Assembly: GCA_002269645.1 (NCBI GenBank)
Contig: NIVC01003037.1
Span: 1 to 64,000 of the forward strand
From: Macrostomum lignano
Taxonomy: Eukaryota
Direction of reading: 5' to 3'
Length of the DNA: 64,000 nt
Shown in pieces: positions 1-10,198 of this stretch. Each line of letters begins with the position of its first letter. Position 1 is the first letter of the stretch. The position numbers and the translations under genes are program-made. Under the pieces are notes generated by a model, which was given only the letters and a program-made list of their open reading frames with translations, had not been told where the DNA came from and did no database searches.

Positions 1-743
1 ACTAGCTCGTACCCAACAAGACTCGGTGCAAAGAGACGCTCTGCAGAGTATCCATTGCTCACGCTAATCTAGTTAGCAACTAAAGAAGCAAACATGCACA
101 AGATAGCAAGCAGTCGTCTAGTGTAGACACAAGATTGAGTCTGACAGGCCAAAAGCAGATTTGGCAGCACCGATGACAGCAGCCGCATTAGATGCCAGGA
201 TGCTCCATCACTTTTAACGCCTGTCCCATTATCTCGCCAACCATCTACATCGCTGATTTCGATCAGCTCCAAGCATCGCCAAGCATCAAACAGTTTTCTT
301 CTTTCTACAAAACCATCAACTTGTCCAGACGGCCTCGTCGCCAGGCAGCTTGAGTCTGCATCCGGCAACTGACTCGGACTTCTTGAGTTGCCAATGTCTG
401 CAGCAACAACAACAACTGCTGCTACTGCTGCTGCTACGTGTTCAGCAGCTTCGGGACCGGCAACTGCAGGACCGTCAGAACCGTCCCCCAGCGGGCTGCA
501 GCAGAGCGGAGCCGCGACGACTGTTGGTGGAAGCCAAGAAAGAGAAGTACGCTTGTGACACTTGTACGCTTGTACAATGACGCTCGACCATCGTGTAAAT
601 TTTGCTGCAAAATGCATTGGCAAGACATATATGATGTTTTCAGCTTTTTAGCGCTGGATTTTAGCACCTCCTAGCCTTCCAAATAATATATATCAATAAA
701 TATTTGCAACCGGGTTGTTAGCACTACATCTTCCCACAATCAG

Positions 744-870
744 TACTGACGGCAATTATGCCCATTCCGGTGACCCCTGAGTACACACTAGCGCTCCCAT
801 ACTGTACGCAGGCTTGCACTCGTACACACGATCACACAGGGTGTACAGCGTGTACACACGCTCACCCTTT
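744..870 (+). repeat. Short dispersed repeat fragment, related to ~6955-7050 and to the 3' tail of the SINE at 40350-40686
   Basis: ATTATGCCCATTCCGGTGACCCCTGAG...ACAGGGTGTACAGC resembles ATTACTGCCCATTCCGCCGACTCCCCTAAG...ACAGGAGTGCACAGC at ~6957-7036. The 14-mer ACAGGGTGTACAGC (836-849) recurs exactly on the minus strand at 40364-40377. Confidence 0.4.
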
Positions 871-2123
871 GACTTTTTAATCACCAATTATTGAACAGTT
901 TTGTTTTACTAAGCTAGGGGTCACGATAAAATTCAATCTGAAAAAGCCTCTTAATAGAAAAGAACAAAGAACGAATGAGCTGGGAACTGGGAACTTTCTA
1001 TCTCGAAATGAATTCTTCAGTGAAAATTGTCCAGCAACAAAACTTGCTCGTCTTCTGCTTTAGTTGATAAGAGCAACAGGTATGCGTGTTGCGTGAGTGT
1101 CAGGAGCGTGGTTGATATTTTCAACGATAGCCCTAATTACTGATTCTTTTAGTTATTGACGCTACTGAAAATAATAATTACGTTTCCTTCAGCAGTTTCT
1201 TTTAAAAATAAAATACACATGCCGTCTTACTACTAGTTTAAATAGTAGAATAATAAACATTTATCTGTAGAATTTTGATTGTTATAAACGACTACACAGA
1301 AATTATCTTTCTAGATCGTCAGCGATGGTTCAACAGTCTTGAGCATCGGCGTTCGATCAGCCTCATCCAGCAGCATCTCCAGCAGCAGCAGCAGCAGCAG
1401 CAGCAATTGCATCTTCAACAACAGCAGCAGTTTTGGCAATGGAAGGAGAATCTGGGCTCGCTGACTGGAAGTGCAGTGTGACGATAGCTGCTAGGCAACT
1501 TTAATGTGCTATAAATCAAAACGCGTCATAAGATCTCTATTTTAAACTATTCGCTAATCGCAAAGCGAACTATTTCATATCAATCTACTTGAGTTTGAAA
1601 ACAATTTACTTACAAATTTAATGTTCTTTTTTAACATGTCAAAAATGTATAATTTATATTGTAATAATTTTTCTAAGAATCTATTATAATTAACACTGCA
1701 TTTTCTAGGCAAACCATCTATCTGGAAACGCGATTTCTAGTATTTCTAGCCATATTGCATCTAGCAGGCCTAAGGCGTATTGAAGCGAGGTTTAAAATAA
1801 ACGCTCGACAGTCCTGTCGGCTGAGAATGTCTATGGCCAAAATCCATTTGATCCAGTGTGAAACGGCCGCGGTCTGGCTGTCTGTGGTCAATCCTCACTT
1901 GGCGCTATGCTGATAATATTGATTGACTGCTTGGGAAATAACGACCATAATGTATCGATGAGCTCTTTTAAGCACTCGTAACTCGTCAAAATTGTTTTCA
2001 AATAAAAACGTCTTGTAGAAAATTTTTGTTAAAACCAGTGCATTGTCTAATGAAGCCAGCTATGCAAACAGTGTTTAAACAAGTGTTTTTAATGGCTCTG
2101 GCGCCCCTTGATGCTAAATCATC

Positions 2124-2730
2124 AAACCCAGTTTCCACTGACCGAGCAGGAACTGTTAGACAAACCCAGTTTCCACTGACCGAGCAGGAACTGCTAGACA
2201 AACCCAGTTTCCACTGACCGAGAAGGAACTGTTAGACAAACCCAGTTTCCACTGACCGAGCAGGAACTGCTAGACAAACCCAGTTTCCACTGACCGAGCA
2301 GGAACTGCTAGACAAACCCAGTTTCCACTGACCGAGAAGGAACTGTTAGACAAACCCAGTTTCCACTGACCGAGAAGGAACTGCTAGACAAACCCAGTTT
2401 CCACTGACCGAGAAGGAACTGTTAGACAAACCCAGTTTCCACTGACCGAGCAGGAACTGTTAGACAAACCCAGTTTCCACTGACCGAGCAGGAACTGTTA
2501 GACAAACCCAGTTTCCACTGACCGAGAAGGAACTGCTAGACAAACCCAGTTTCCACTGACCGAGCAGGAACTGTTAGACAAACCAGTTTCCACTGACCGA
2601 GCAGGAACTGCTAGACAAACCCAGTTTCCACTGACCGAGCAGGAACTGTTAGACAAACCCAGTTTCCACTGACCGAGCAGGAACTGTTAGACAAACCCAG
2701 TTTCCACTGACCGAGCAGGAACTGTTAGAC
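2124..2730. repeat. Minisatellite, 38-bp unit, ~16 copies
   Basis: AAACCCAGTTTCCACTGACCGAG(C/A)AGGAACTG(T/C)TAGAC repeated head-to-tail with no spacers. Confidence 0.97.
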
Positions 2731-4143
2731 AAAGCCAGCCATTTTTTCTCATTCAATAATAATCTCTATTACGTTTTCCGCACGAATCGGGTGGTGGAGA
2801 TGCGAGTTGAGAGGCGCAAACCGGACGTATATAGGCAGCTAACTGCCGACTCTCCCACCATGCAGCGTCAAGCCCTGCTCAAAAGCATTGTTTCATACGC
2901 AGCTAGGCTGCCTAATGCAGTCCCGCACTGCCGGTGAAAAACCATTATCGCATGAATACGAGCTACATCAGCAAATTTAGCTTGAAAAAGTTGATAGCGA
3001 TTCACTGAAGCTTTTTGAATTTAAAACGGAATCTCTGTTTTTGCATGGTGACGCTTCCTGTCGAGGCTTAAAAAATTATACTATAAATTTCTGAACTGAC
3101 TTACTCTTTGTATCGGCCAAAAAATCTGCTTTTTTTCTTATTCTGTAAGCAAAATAAAGTAATGCATAAGTGTAATATTCTCGTAGTGCACTTGTTTTAT
3201 CCACTAGTTTCAGAAAGGAAATTAAATTTGGATCTATTGTCTGGGTTTTCTACCAATGACAATAGATTCAGTAATTCTCCACAGAAAAGCTATGTAATAT
3301 CACGTGCCTATAATCTAAATCCGATGCACTTTCTACAATAATTCCTGAGTAAAGTAGTTTAACTGTCTGTTTTACAGAAAGTCCTTATTCGATATGCTTT
3401 TCATGTCACATGTTGCCTCTATTCGAAATTGTGGTGGCGTGTGAAATGTGTCTGGGTTGTTGGTGCTGGGTTGATTTGTGTGTTTCGTAGGGGTTGCGCT
3501 GCTCTGGCGTTATTTTGTCTTCTCTCTGTACTGCTCTGGCGTTTTAGTCCCTTTCTACGAGTACAATAAATCGTTGTCGAATATATAAGTCGAGTATACC
3601 AGCCCAACTCTGCATCGCGTGGCGCAATAGCGTCACTCAGAAGTCAATACTGGGCCTAGAATTTACTCCGCACTCTCAAAGCTGGTGACTTTTTAATGTT
3701 GTTGAGTATATTTAAAATCTGAAAAGTAGGATACTGAGAATCTTGCGCATGCCTCATCCATGCTTTTCTGTCAGACGAAATTCAAGAAGAAGACTCTCCC
3801 TGGAATCTACTTGGTTCATTCACTATTCGGAAGTCCGAAAGTTTGGACTTCCGTTACCGTCAAAAATTAAAATTACGATCTTTTTTCTGCAAAAAACCGG
3901 CCGCATATTTCGAAATCTATAAGCTTGAGTAGCATCTTTTGATTTTGCTAATTACAGGATTGTACTTCACGAGAAAAAACTTTATTCAGTGCAAAACAAT
4001 GAATGAAAAATAGGCACGCCTAAGTTCTTCATATTGTTCTATTGAATATCCAAACTCTGTTGAAAATTCATTCTTTGCAACAGGATATTGAGGAGGCCAT
4101 CAACACATAGGGGATGCTTATTTTTCATTTTCACTGTCTCTTT

Positions 4144-6340
4144 TTACCACAGACGGCACTCATCGGAGGCGAGCTCGGGCTGGGAAGTCGGACAGCCGAA
4201 CGCTCTGAAGAAGTCGTCATCGCCGGAGATGAGGCTCCGTATGCGCAGTCTGCCTGGCGTGTGGCTCCACGTCTCGCTGCCAGTCTCCATGAAGTGATGT
4301 AGGAACTCTTGGCTACTCTTCGAGCAAAAAGTCCGCAGGCTGGCAATGTAGAGCAGCTGCTGCGGTGAGTAGCGCTCCATGAATCCTGGCAGTTGTTGGT
4401 CGATGCCCGACTCAGCTAGAAGTTCGATAGTCACCGACAGACCGATCCTGTCTGCGAAGTCCTCCTTAACGTTGGTCTTGTTGAAGCCCAGTCGGAGAAG
4501 CAGACTTTGTCTAAGGCAAGCGTGCTTCTCCTGGAGTCGGGCACCAAATGAGGCATTTAATATCCCATCGTCATGTTGATTGAATGAACCAAATACAGCG
4601 TGCGTGAGCTCGTGAGCGAGCACCAGCGCTTGAGTACCGACACTGACTGCCGCTGGCTGGTCTGACAGATAATGCGGATATTCTAAGAAAGCTGGCGTCA
4701 GAATCACTGCCTTCTGATATGCGTTATAATGCGGCGATTCCTGGTCAAAAGTTTCCTCCATCGTTCGAAAGATCAGGTAATGTTGAAGAGCCAACGCTCG
4801 GACTAGAAAGCAAGCCGGGCTAACTAATATTGTGCATCCTCTGGGTGGCATCGAGTCAAACGCTTCGCCAAAATGCTGCACCAGAGCAGTCTCGCTGACT
4901 TGCTCTGTGAAAAAATTCAACTTAGTTTGCTGCAGTCGTCGCTTCAACACGGCCTTGTCGGGCTCAGGAATCCAAGTCTGCGACTCCAATGCCGACGCGT
5001 AGACCGTCTTGATTCGGTGGAAAATATCAAAGATTTCAGCTTCAACTGCGAGACGCTCCTCTTTTAACATCCTGGCGTAGCGACCGTGCAGCAGGGGGCG
5101 AAATGCTCCTTCAAAGTTGACAGTCGAACTCGATGACTCGCTTCTTACTTTTCCGAATAGAACGTCCAAACATTTGGCATTTTTTGGAGTTGAAAAGATT
5201 GCAGCGCCCAGCACGCAGATTTGGTTGAGTATGATCAGTTTAGGCAGCTCTGTGAATCGCCTACCGCATTTTTCTAGAACGCAAACGGTACGCAGAAAAG
5301 ATTTCGTATCTGGCAGCACCAGCGGTGTCAAATCATCAGCAGGCGGATGTCCCGACAACTGAAGGTTCAGCCGCAGAAACTCGTCGAACCCGAAGGTTAA
5401 GTTGGCTCGCCGAAGCTGCCGCTTAGCGTCGCCCACCGTCTGTACAGGTAATTCGTCTGCAACAACCCTTTCTGCGGTTCGGTTGCAGGGATCATTCCAC
5501 AGAAGCAGGTCGGATTGAGCACGTCGTATAAGGCCAAACAGACTGCCGCCGCGTGATCTAAGCTGCAGCAATCGCATCATTCTGTAGGCCTGAAACGGCA
5601 GATTTCTCAACAACGGCCCGACAACCTTGAGACCATGAAAATTATCGTTAGACGTCAGCAAAATTGCCGGTCTGCCAGCCGCATTCGCAACGCCTGGTAT
5701 AACAATCATCGGGCTGATGAAGCTCTTTGCCGACTGTGCCGGCATCAGCTGTTCGAGTCTCAGCTGTTGCCGCATATTCAATCCTTTAATCGCGCGATCT
5801 GCAATTTCGTCCAGAATCTCGGCTCCGTTGGCCAGCAGCATTCCATGGAAGCTCCAGTCTTCAAGGGTTGTTTCTAGCAAGGCGCACTCTCGGAAAGCTT
5901 TCACAGCCAGCTGCTCATAGGCTTGAAGCCTTGTCGAGTTTGGCTGCCCGGGCTGACCGGACCCTGTGCAGTTGGCGTCCCAGCAACCCGTCACTAGCTG
6001 CTCGGTCACTCGCTCGCTGTACGCGGATCCGGTCCGCTGAATGTAGTCTAAATTGACGAATATCCTCTGCACCAGGCTCTGGCCCGTGAACTGCTGTTTA
6101 GAGCGGAATCCGCCGCACAGGAATTCTTCAAAGTCCTGACACGGATCAGACGAAGTGTTCAACGTGCTTTGCAGTTCCATCGACATTTTCCAACAGTTTA
6201 GCGTTCGACAAACTCTTGTTCCATTTCGTAGCAGTTTCGTTGGCAGCTCCAAATGGTGGGAGCAAAGACATCAAGGAAGCGGTCAAGAACACAATGTTGC
6301 CTACCAGTGGCTTCAATGATGTCAGTCGAAGCTCTGCCAT
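4144..6340 (-). CDS. M13 family (neprilysin/ECE-like) zinc metallopeptidase, apparently intronless. The N-terminal hydrophobic leader (6340-~6253) is out of frame with the 702-aa body
   Basis: HELTH (HExxH), EDFAD (ENIAD-like third Zn ligand), N-terminal VCRTLNC...DPCQDFEEFLCGG, C-terminal HTPGRLR...AFGCP...CRLW. Upstream ATG at 6340 gives MAELRLTSLKPLVGNIVFLTASLMSLLPP in a different frame; the body frame has TGA at 6271-6273. Confidence 0.92.
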
Positions 6341-7439
6341 CTTAAAAATTTAAGTCGATTGCTAAGCATAAATAAAGTGCCTGCTGTTTGAACAGAGAAA
6401 ACAGCTGCTACGGCCTTATAATTTATATTCGTTTATTTCGTAGTTCAGAAGCGTTTGAAATATTGTTTATGTTAAATTACTATCTGATATAAAAATCAAA
6501 GAGGTCTGAAGGGTGAGAAGAGGTGCCCCAAGCGATGATGGTGATACGATCCAGCACATGTGGTCTTGAAATTTTTCACGCAGGATTGATGCGGCTAGTC
6601 AGATAAAGGTCTAATTAAGCACCGAACGCAGATAATTTTGGCTTTCTTTCACAGTTCAGCCGCTTGCCCGGCTATTCAGTTGAACCAACGCAAAAGTGCG
6701 CATGGTCAGGGCTAGTTATTTTTCAATGCTTCTTTTTTCACAAATCGGACCATATTTTCAAAACTCTACTGACTCATCACTTCTATAGGAAAATTTCAAC
6801 GTAGATTTTCGTTAAAATCTTGCATAAACTGATTATTTTTGTAATCAAACTAGCGCGCAGATGCAGTGCAAGTGCACTAGTAGCTGGCCCCACGTATTTT
6901 TATGTAGAGGCACCCTGGCGCACTTTAAGCGACACTGTCACACAGCCGGCGAGAGGCATTACTGCCCATTCCGCCGACTCCCCTAAGCTGGTACGCAGTC
7001 ATACGCACAGGCACACACTCACACAGGAGTGCACAGCGGCCTTAACTTTATTTATCGTTAGGTATGTGTGCGCGTTAGACTCTGTGTTTGAGCGTTTTAT
7101 TTTTTGCTATTATTATATTCAATCAAATATAAAGTCAACTAGTTTCAAATTTGCTTTCGAAATTCGAAATTCGAAAGTTCCATATGGTCTAAGCATTAAG
7201 ATTTTGTGTTTAATCGCAAGGTTTTGCGTTAATATGCCTCCGTAACTTTTATTGGCCTTTGCAATGCTTAGTTTGTTTATTTCGTTCCGCATACGATTTT
7301 AAAATTTCTCATAATTCTTATTCGTTATTTTCAAATTACACTGTGAACTTATCAGCCAGGCAACATAACCACTTTGCGGTCACAGTCAAGGTGAAGTCGT
7401 CAAGAAACTTCCTCAAAGATTTGTCCTTAAACGGTTGGT

Positions 7440-8264
7440 TTAATCGAACAGAGACAGGCACTCGCAGAGGGCACCTCGCAGGTCCGGATCGTTCTCCCAG
7501 AAGTCAGATATCTTGCTGGTTTTATACTTGCCGAGAGTATTCTCCCTATCCAAATAGTTGCTTGGCTCCTTCTCTGCCCAGTAACTGGCGTTGAACGCGA
7601 TGTTGCAAGCGACCCAGTACCAGCCATCGGCAGCATGCGCACTTCCAGGTGCTTGAAAGCCTCCAACAAAGAAGTAGCCAATGCTGTAATTGTTGTAGAT
7701 GAAGTCCAAATGCTGCAGCTCAGTAGTGCTCGTCATGTCAGCCATGATCGACAGGCTCCTTTGCCCTGCTGCCACGACATTGATGCTGGACTCGAAACGT
7801 AGTTTAGCCTGTACTTCACTCCGCACAGGTCGTCTCCGTAGCCAGAAGGACACAGCGCGCCCGCCTCGAGTCCCGGCTGCTGCTTCACAAACACCCGGCC
7901 TCTCCTGGAGCAGCCGCAGTCCCTCACCGACTTGCTGCACTTGTCGAACACGAACAGCTGGCACGGACCGTCAGCCAGGCTGAACGCCTGACAGTGCCGG
8001 TTGCGGCTGCACATCAGCGAGCAAGAGAGCTCGTCGGTAGCCATGCCGAAGGTCTGCACAAACTCAGGGTTGATACAGAGAAATCCATTGATTGGTTTGA
8101 AAGAAACCTCGTTCGAACAGTCGTCCTGAGCAGTTCCATAGGTAACCAGCAGGTGCAGCAGTGAACAGATCAACGCCACTCTAAAGTGTAGACCTAGTGA
8201 GTTAATTTTTTGAGCGCATGAAATCACAGAAATTTGCCTCAATTTACCGTAGCTTGTAGTCCAT
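7440..8264 (-). pseudogene. PAN/apple-like + C-type lectin paralog 1 (CTL-1), frameshifted at ~7749-7750. Exons 8264-8248 and 8180-7440
   Basis: ATG GAC TAC AAG CTA CG|gtaaat...tttag|A GTG GCG gives MDYKLRVALICSLLHLLV (signal peptide). After ...GKGAC the frame shifts; the lectin C-terminus (IMADM...FFVGG...WYWVAC...WAEKEPSN...LCECLSLFD) is in the other frame. About 19 nt are missing relative to paralogs (CESESGLVIM). Confidence 0.8.
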
Positions 8265-9013
8265 CGTTTCAATTTTCCGAGGCATGTAAATTAAGTGACA
8301 TCCGGCCTAGAACTATATACGAGTACCCATCATGCCAATTCGCTTTGATTGGCTGCTACTCGCGCGTATCTATTAATTTTATTTGGAAGTGAATTTTGAG
8401 ACTTTAGCTGGAAGTCGCTGACTAAAAGTAATTTTCAAAGTAGTTCGTACATTCATGACTATCTTGCAAAAAGTCGGAACGTACGTCTTGCACATTTTAG
8501 AAACGTCACGGGCAAGGACGCTGATTTACAGTAAATAATCCAGTCACTGCTACTGTTGTCCAGAGTACACAGTCTTGGCAGAAGAGACGAGATGACTAGA
8601 GAACTGCACTCACCGCTGCTCTAAAAAGAACTTCGTAGTCGGAAAGACTCTCAAGCGAAAAAAGCTTGTCAAATTACCGGCGTAACTTTCGACAGAATAT
8701 CTGCAGTTGAAAACATTTGTAGCATTCTTTAGTGCTGAATAGAGTAGTACTGTTCTAAACGATTTCTATTTTAAGACAACTTTCTTTTGCGTGAAAATTC
8801 ATCATTAATATTTTAGTCGACAGGTAAATTTTTAAAAACTTAAGGCGCAAAGAAACTTTCAGGTTTTGCGGAAACAAAACTCATTTTAATAATATATGCA
8901 TAGCTAATGCTGCTTTCACATTGAATGTGTACCCTATACACAGTGTATACACAATGCGGATACGAAGTTGGTTTTTCTTCCGGTAAAACTAATATTTCAT
9001 TTAGCTGCGCATG

Positions 9014-9846
9014 TCAGTCGAGGGGAGACCAGCATTCGCACAGGACGGCTCGTGGGGTAGCGGAGAAGTCTCTGAAGTCGGACAGCTTGTCGTGATCGAA
9101 CCACCTTCCGATAGCATTCTCCGGATCCTCGGGCTCTCCGCTGCCCCACAGGCTGGCGTCAACAGAGATGTTGCAGCCGACCCAGTACCAGCCGCCTGCT
9201 GGCTCCGGGCTGCCAGCCGGCTGGAGGCCGCCCAGCCAGAACGAGGTGCCGCCCGCCCGGCTGTCGTAGATCGAGTCCACGTGGCTCATCTCGGAGGCGT
9301 CCACCACGTCGGCCATGATCACCAGACCGCTCTCCGACTCGCACAGGCGTCTGCTCGGCCACCAGAAATCGGCGTTAAAGTGCAGCTTGTACTTCACTCC
9401 GCACAGGTCGTCTCCGTAGCCAGACGGACACAGCGCGCCCGCCTCGAGTCCCGGCTGCTGCTTCACGAACACCCGGCCTCTCCTGGAGCAGCCGCAGTTC
9501 CTCACCGACTTGCTGCACTTGTCGAACACGAACAGCTGACACGGACCGTCAGCCAGGCTGAACGCTTGGCAGCGCCGGTTGCGGCTGCACATCAGCGAGC
9601 AAGAGAGCTCGTCGGTAGCCATGCTGAAGGTCTGCACAAACTCAGGGTTGATACAGAGAAATCCATTAATCGGGTTGAAAGAAACCTCGTTCGAACAGTC
9701 GTCCTGAGCAGTTCCACAGGGAAGCAGCAAGTGCAGCAGTGCACAGAGCAGCGCCACTCTAAAAAGTAGTGAGTCAATTTGTTTTTTTCTGCCGCATGAT
9801 CAAATCGCACAAAAAACTCCTCAATTTACCGTTGCTTGTAGTCCAT
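9014..9846 (-). CDS. Secreted PAN/apple-like + C-type lectin paralog 2 (CTL-2), 253 aa. Exons 9846-9830 and 9758-9014
   Basis: 71-nt GT-AG intron (9829-9759) joins MDYKQR to VALLCALLHLLLPCGTA (signal peptide). PAN-like C..C-x3-C-x5-CQAF..C; CTLD with CPSGY, WLGG, WYW, LWGSGEPE, LSD, VLCE. Confidence 0.88.
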
Positions 9847-10184
9847 AATTATTTTTCTGTTTCCAATACCGAAATGTTTGAAATAGGTACTACATGTGTG
9901 TCGAAAATTTTGACTATAGTTCTGAATTATATAGCTGAAAAATCTCCCCTGTCAGTCTTGGCGTTTCACTACTTTACCAACATCCATTCGGGAGTGAGTT
10001 TTGAAACTTTGATGTGCCTTGCTCCTACTAAGTGTTCAGACCATTAGCAAATTGACTGGCTTGATGCTGCTATTATAAAATGGCGCTCTTCCTAGAATTT
10101 GCTATCCTTTTGTCCTCCTTGGCCCAATATCGGTAGATTCCTGAATATCATCGCTAAAAGCTTTTTGCCATATAACCAATCCAT

Positions 10185-10198
10185 GTTTCTATGGTAAC
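10185..10198. promoter_or_regulatory. Possible RFX X-box
   Basis: GTTTCTATGGTAAC fits the X-box consensus and lies ~340 bp upstream of the CTL-2 ATG. It is a single short motif. Confidence 0.25.

Noticed and set aside
69-674. Overlapping ORFs at the window start
   Set aside because: Low-complexity, no recognisable domain, no supported start or splice structure; could be a truncated gene or TE remnant but cannot be called.
2124-2730. 38-bp (and 36-bp at 49225-51560, 33-bp at 27725-28450) repeats as CRISPR arrays
   Set aside because: Units are contiguous with no unique spacers, there are no cas genes, and the context is eukaryotic.
2760-2940. Possible LINE 3'-end remnant (..LLKSIVSYAARLPNAVP)
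   Set aside because: Similarity is too short and vague to support without a search.
9011-9769. Long plus-strand ORFs antisense to the lectins (also 12787-13464, 41576-42067)
   Set aside because: Shadow ORFs expected from GC3-rich sense codons lacking TTA/CTA/TCA; no independent protein features.
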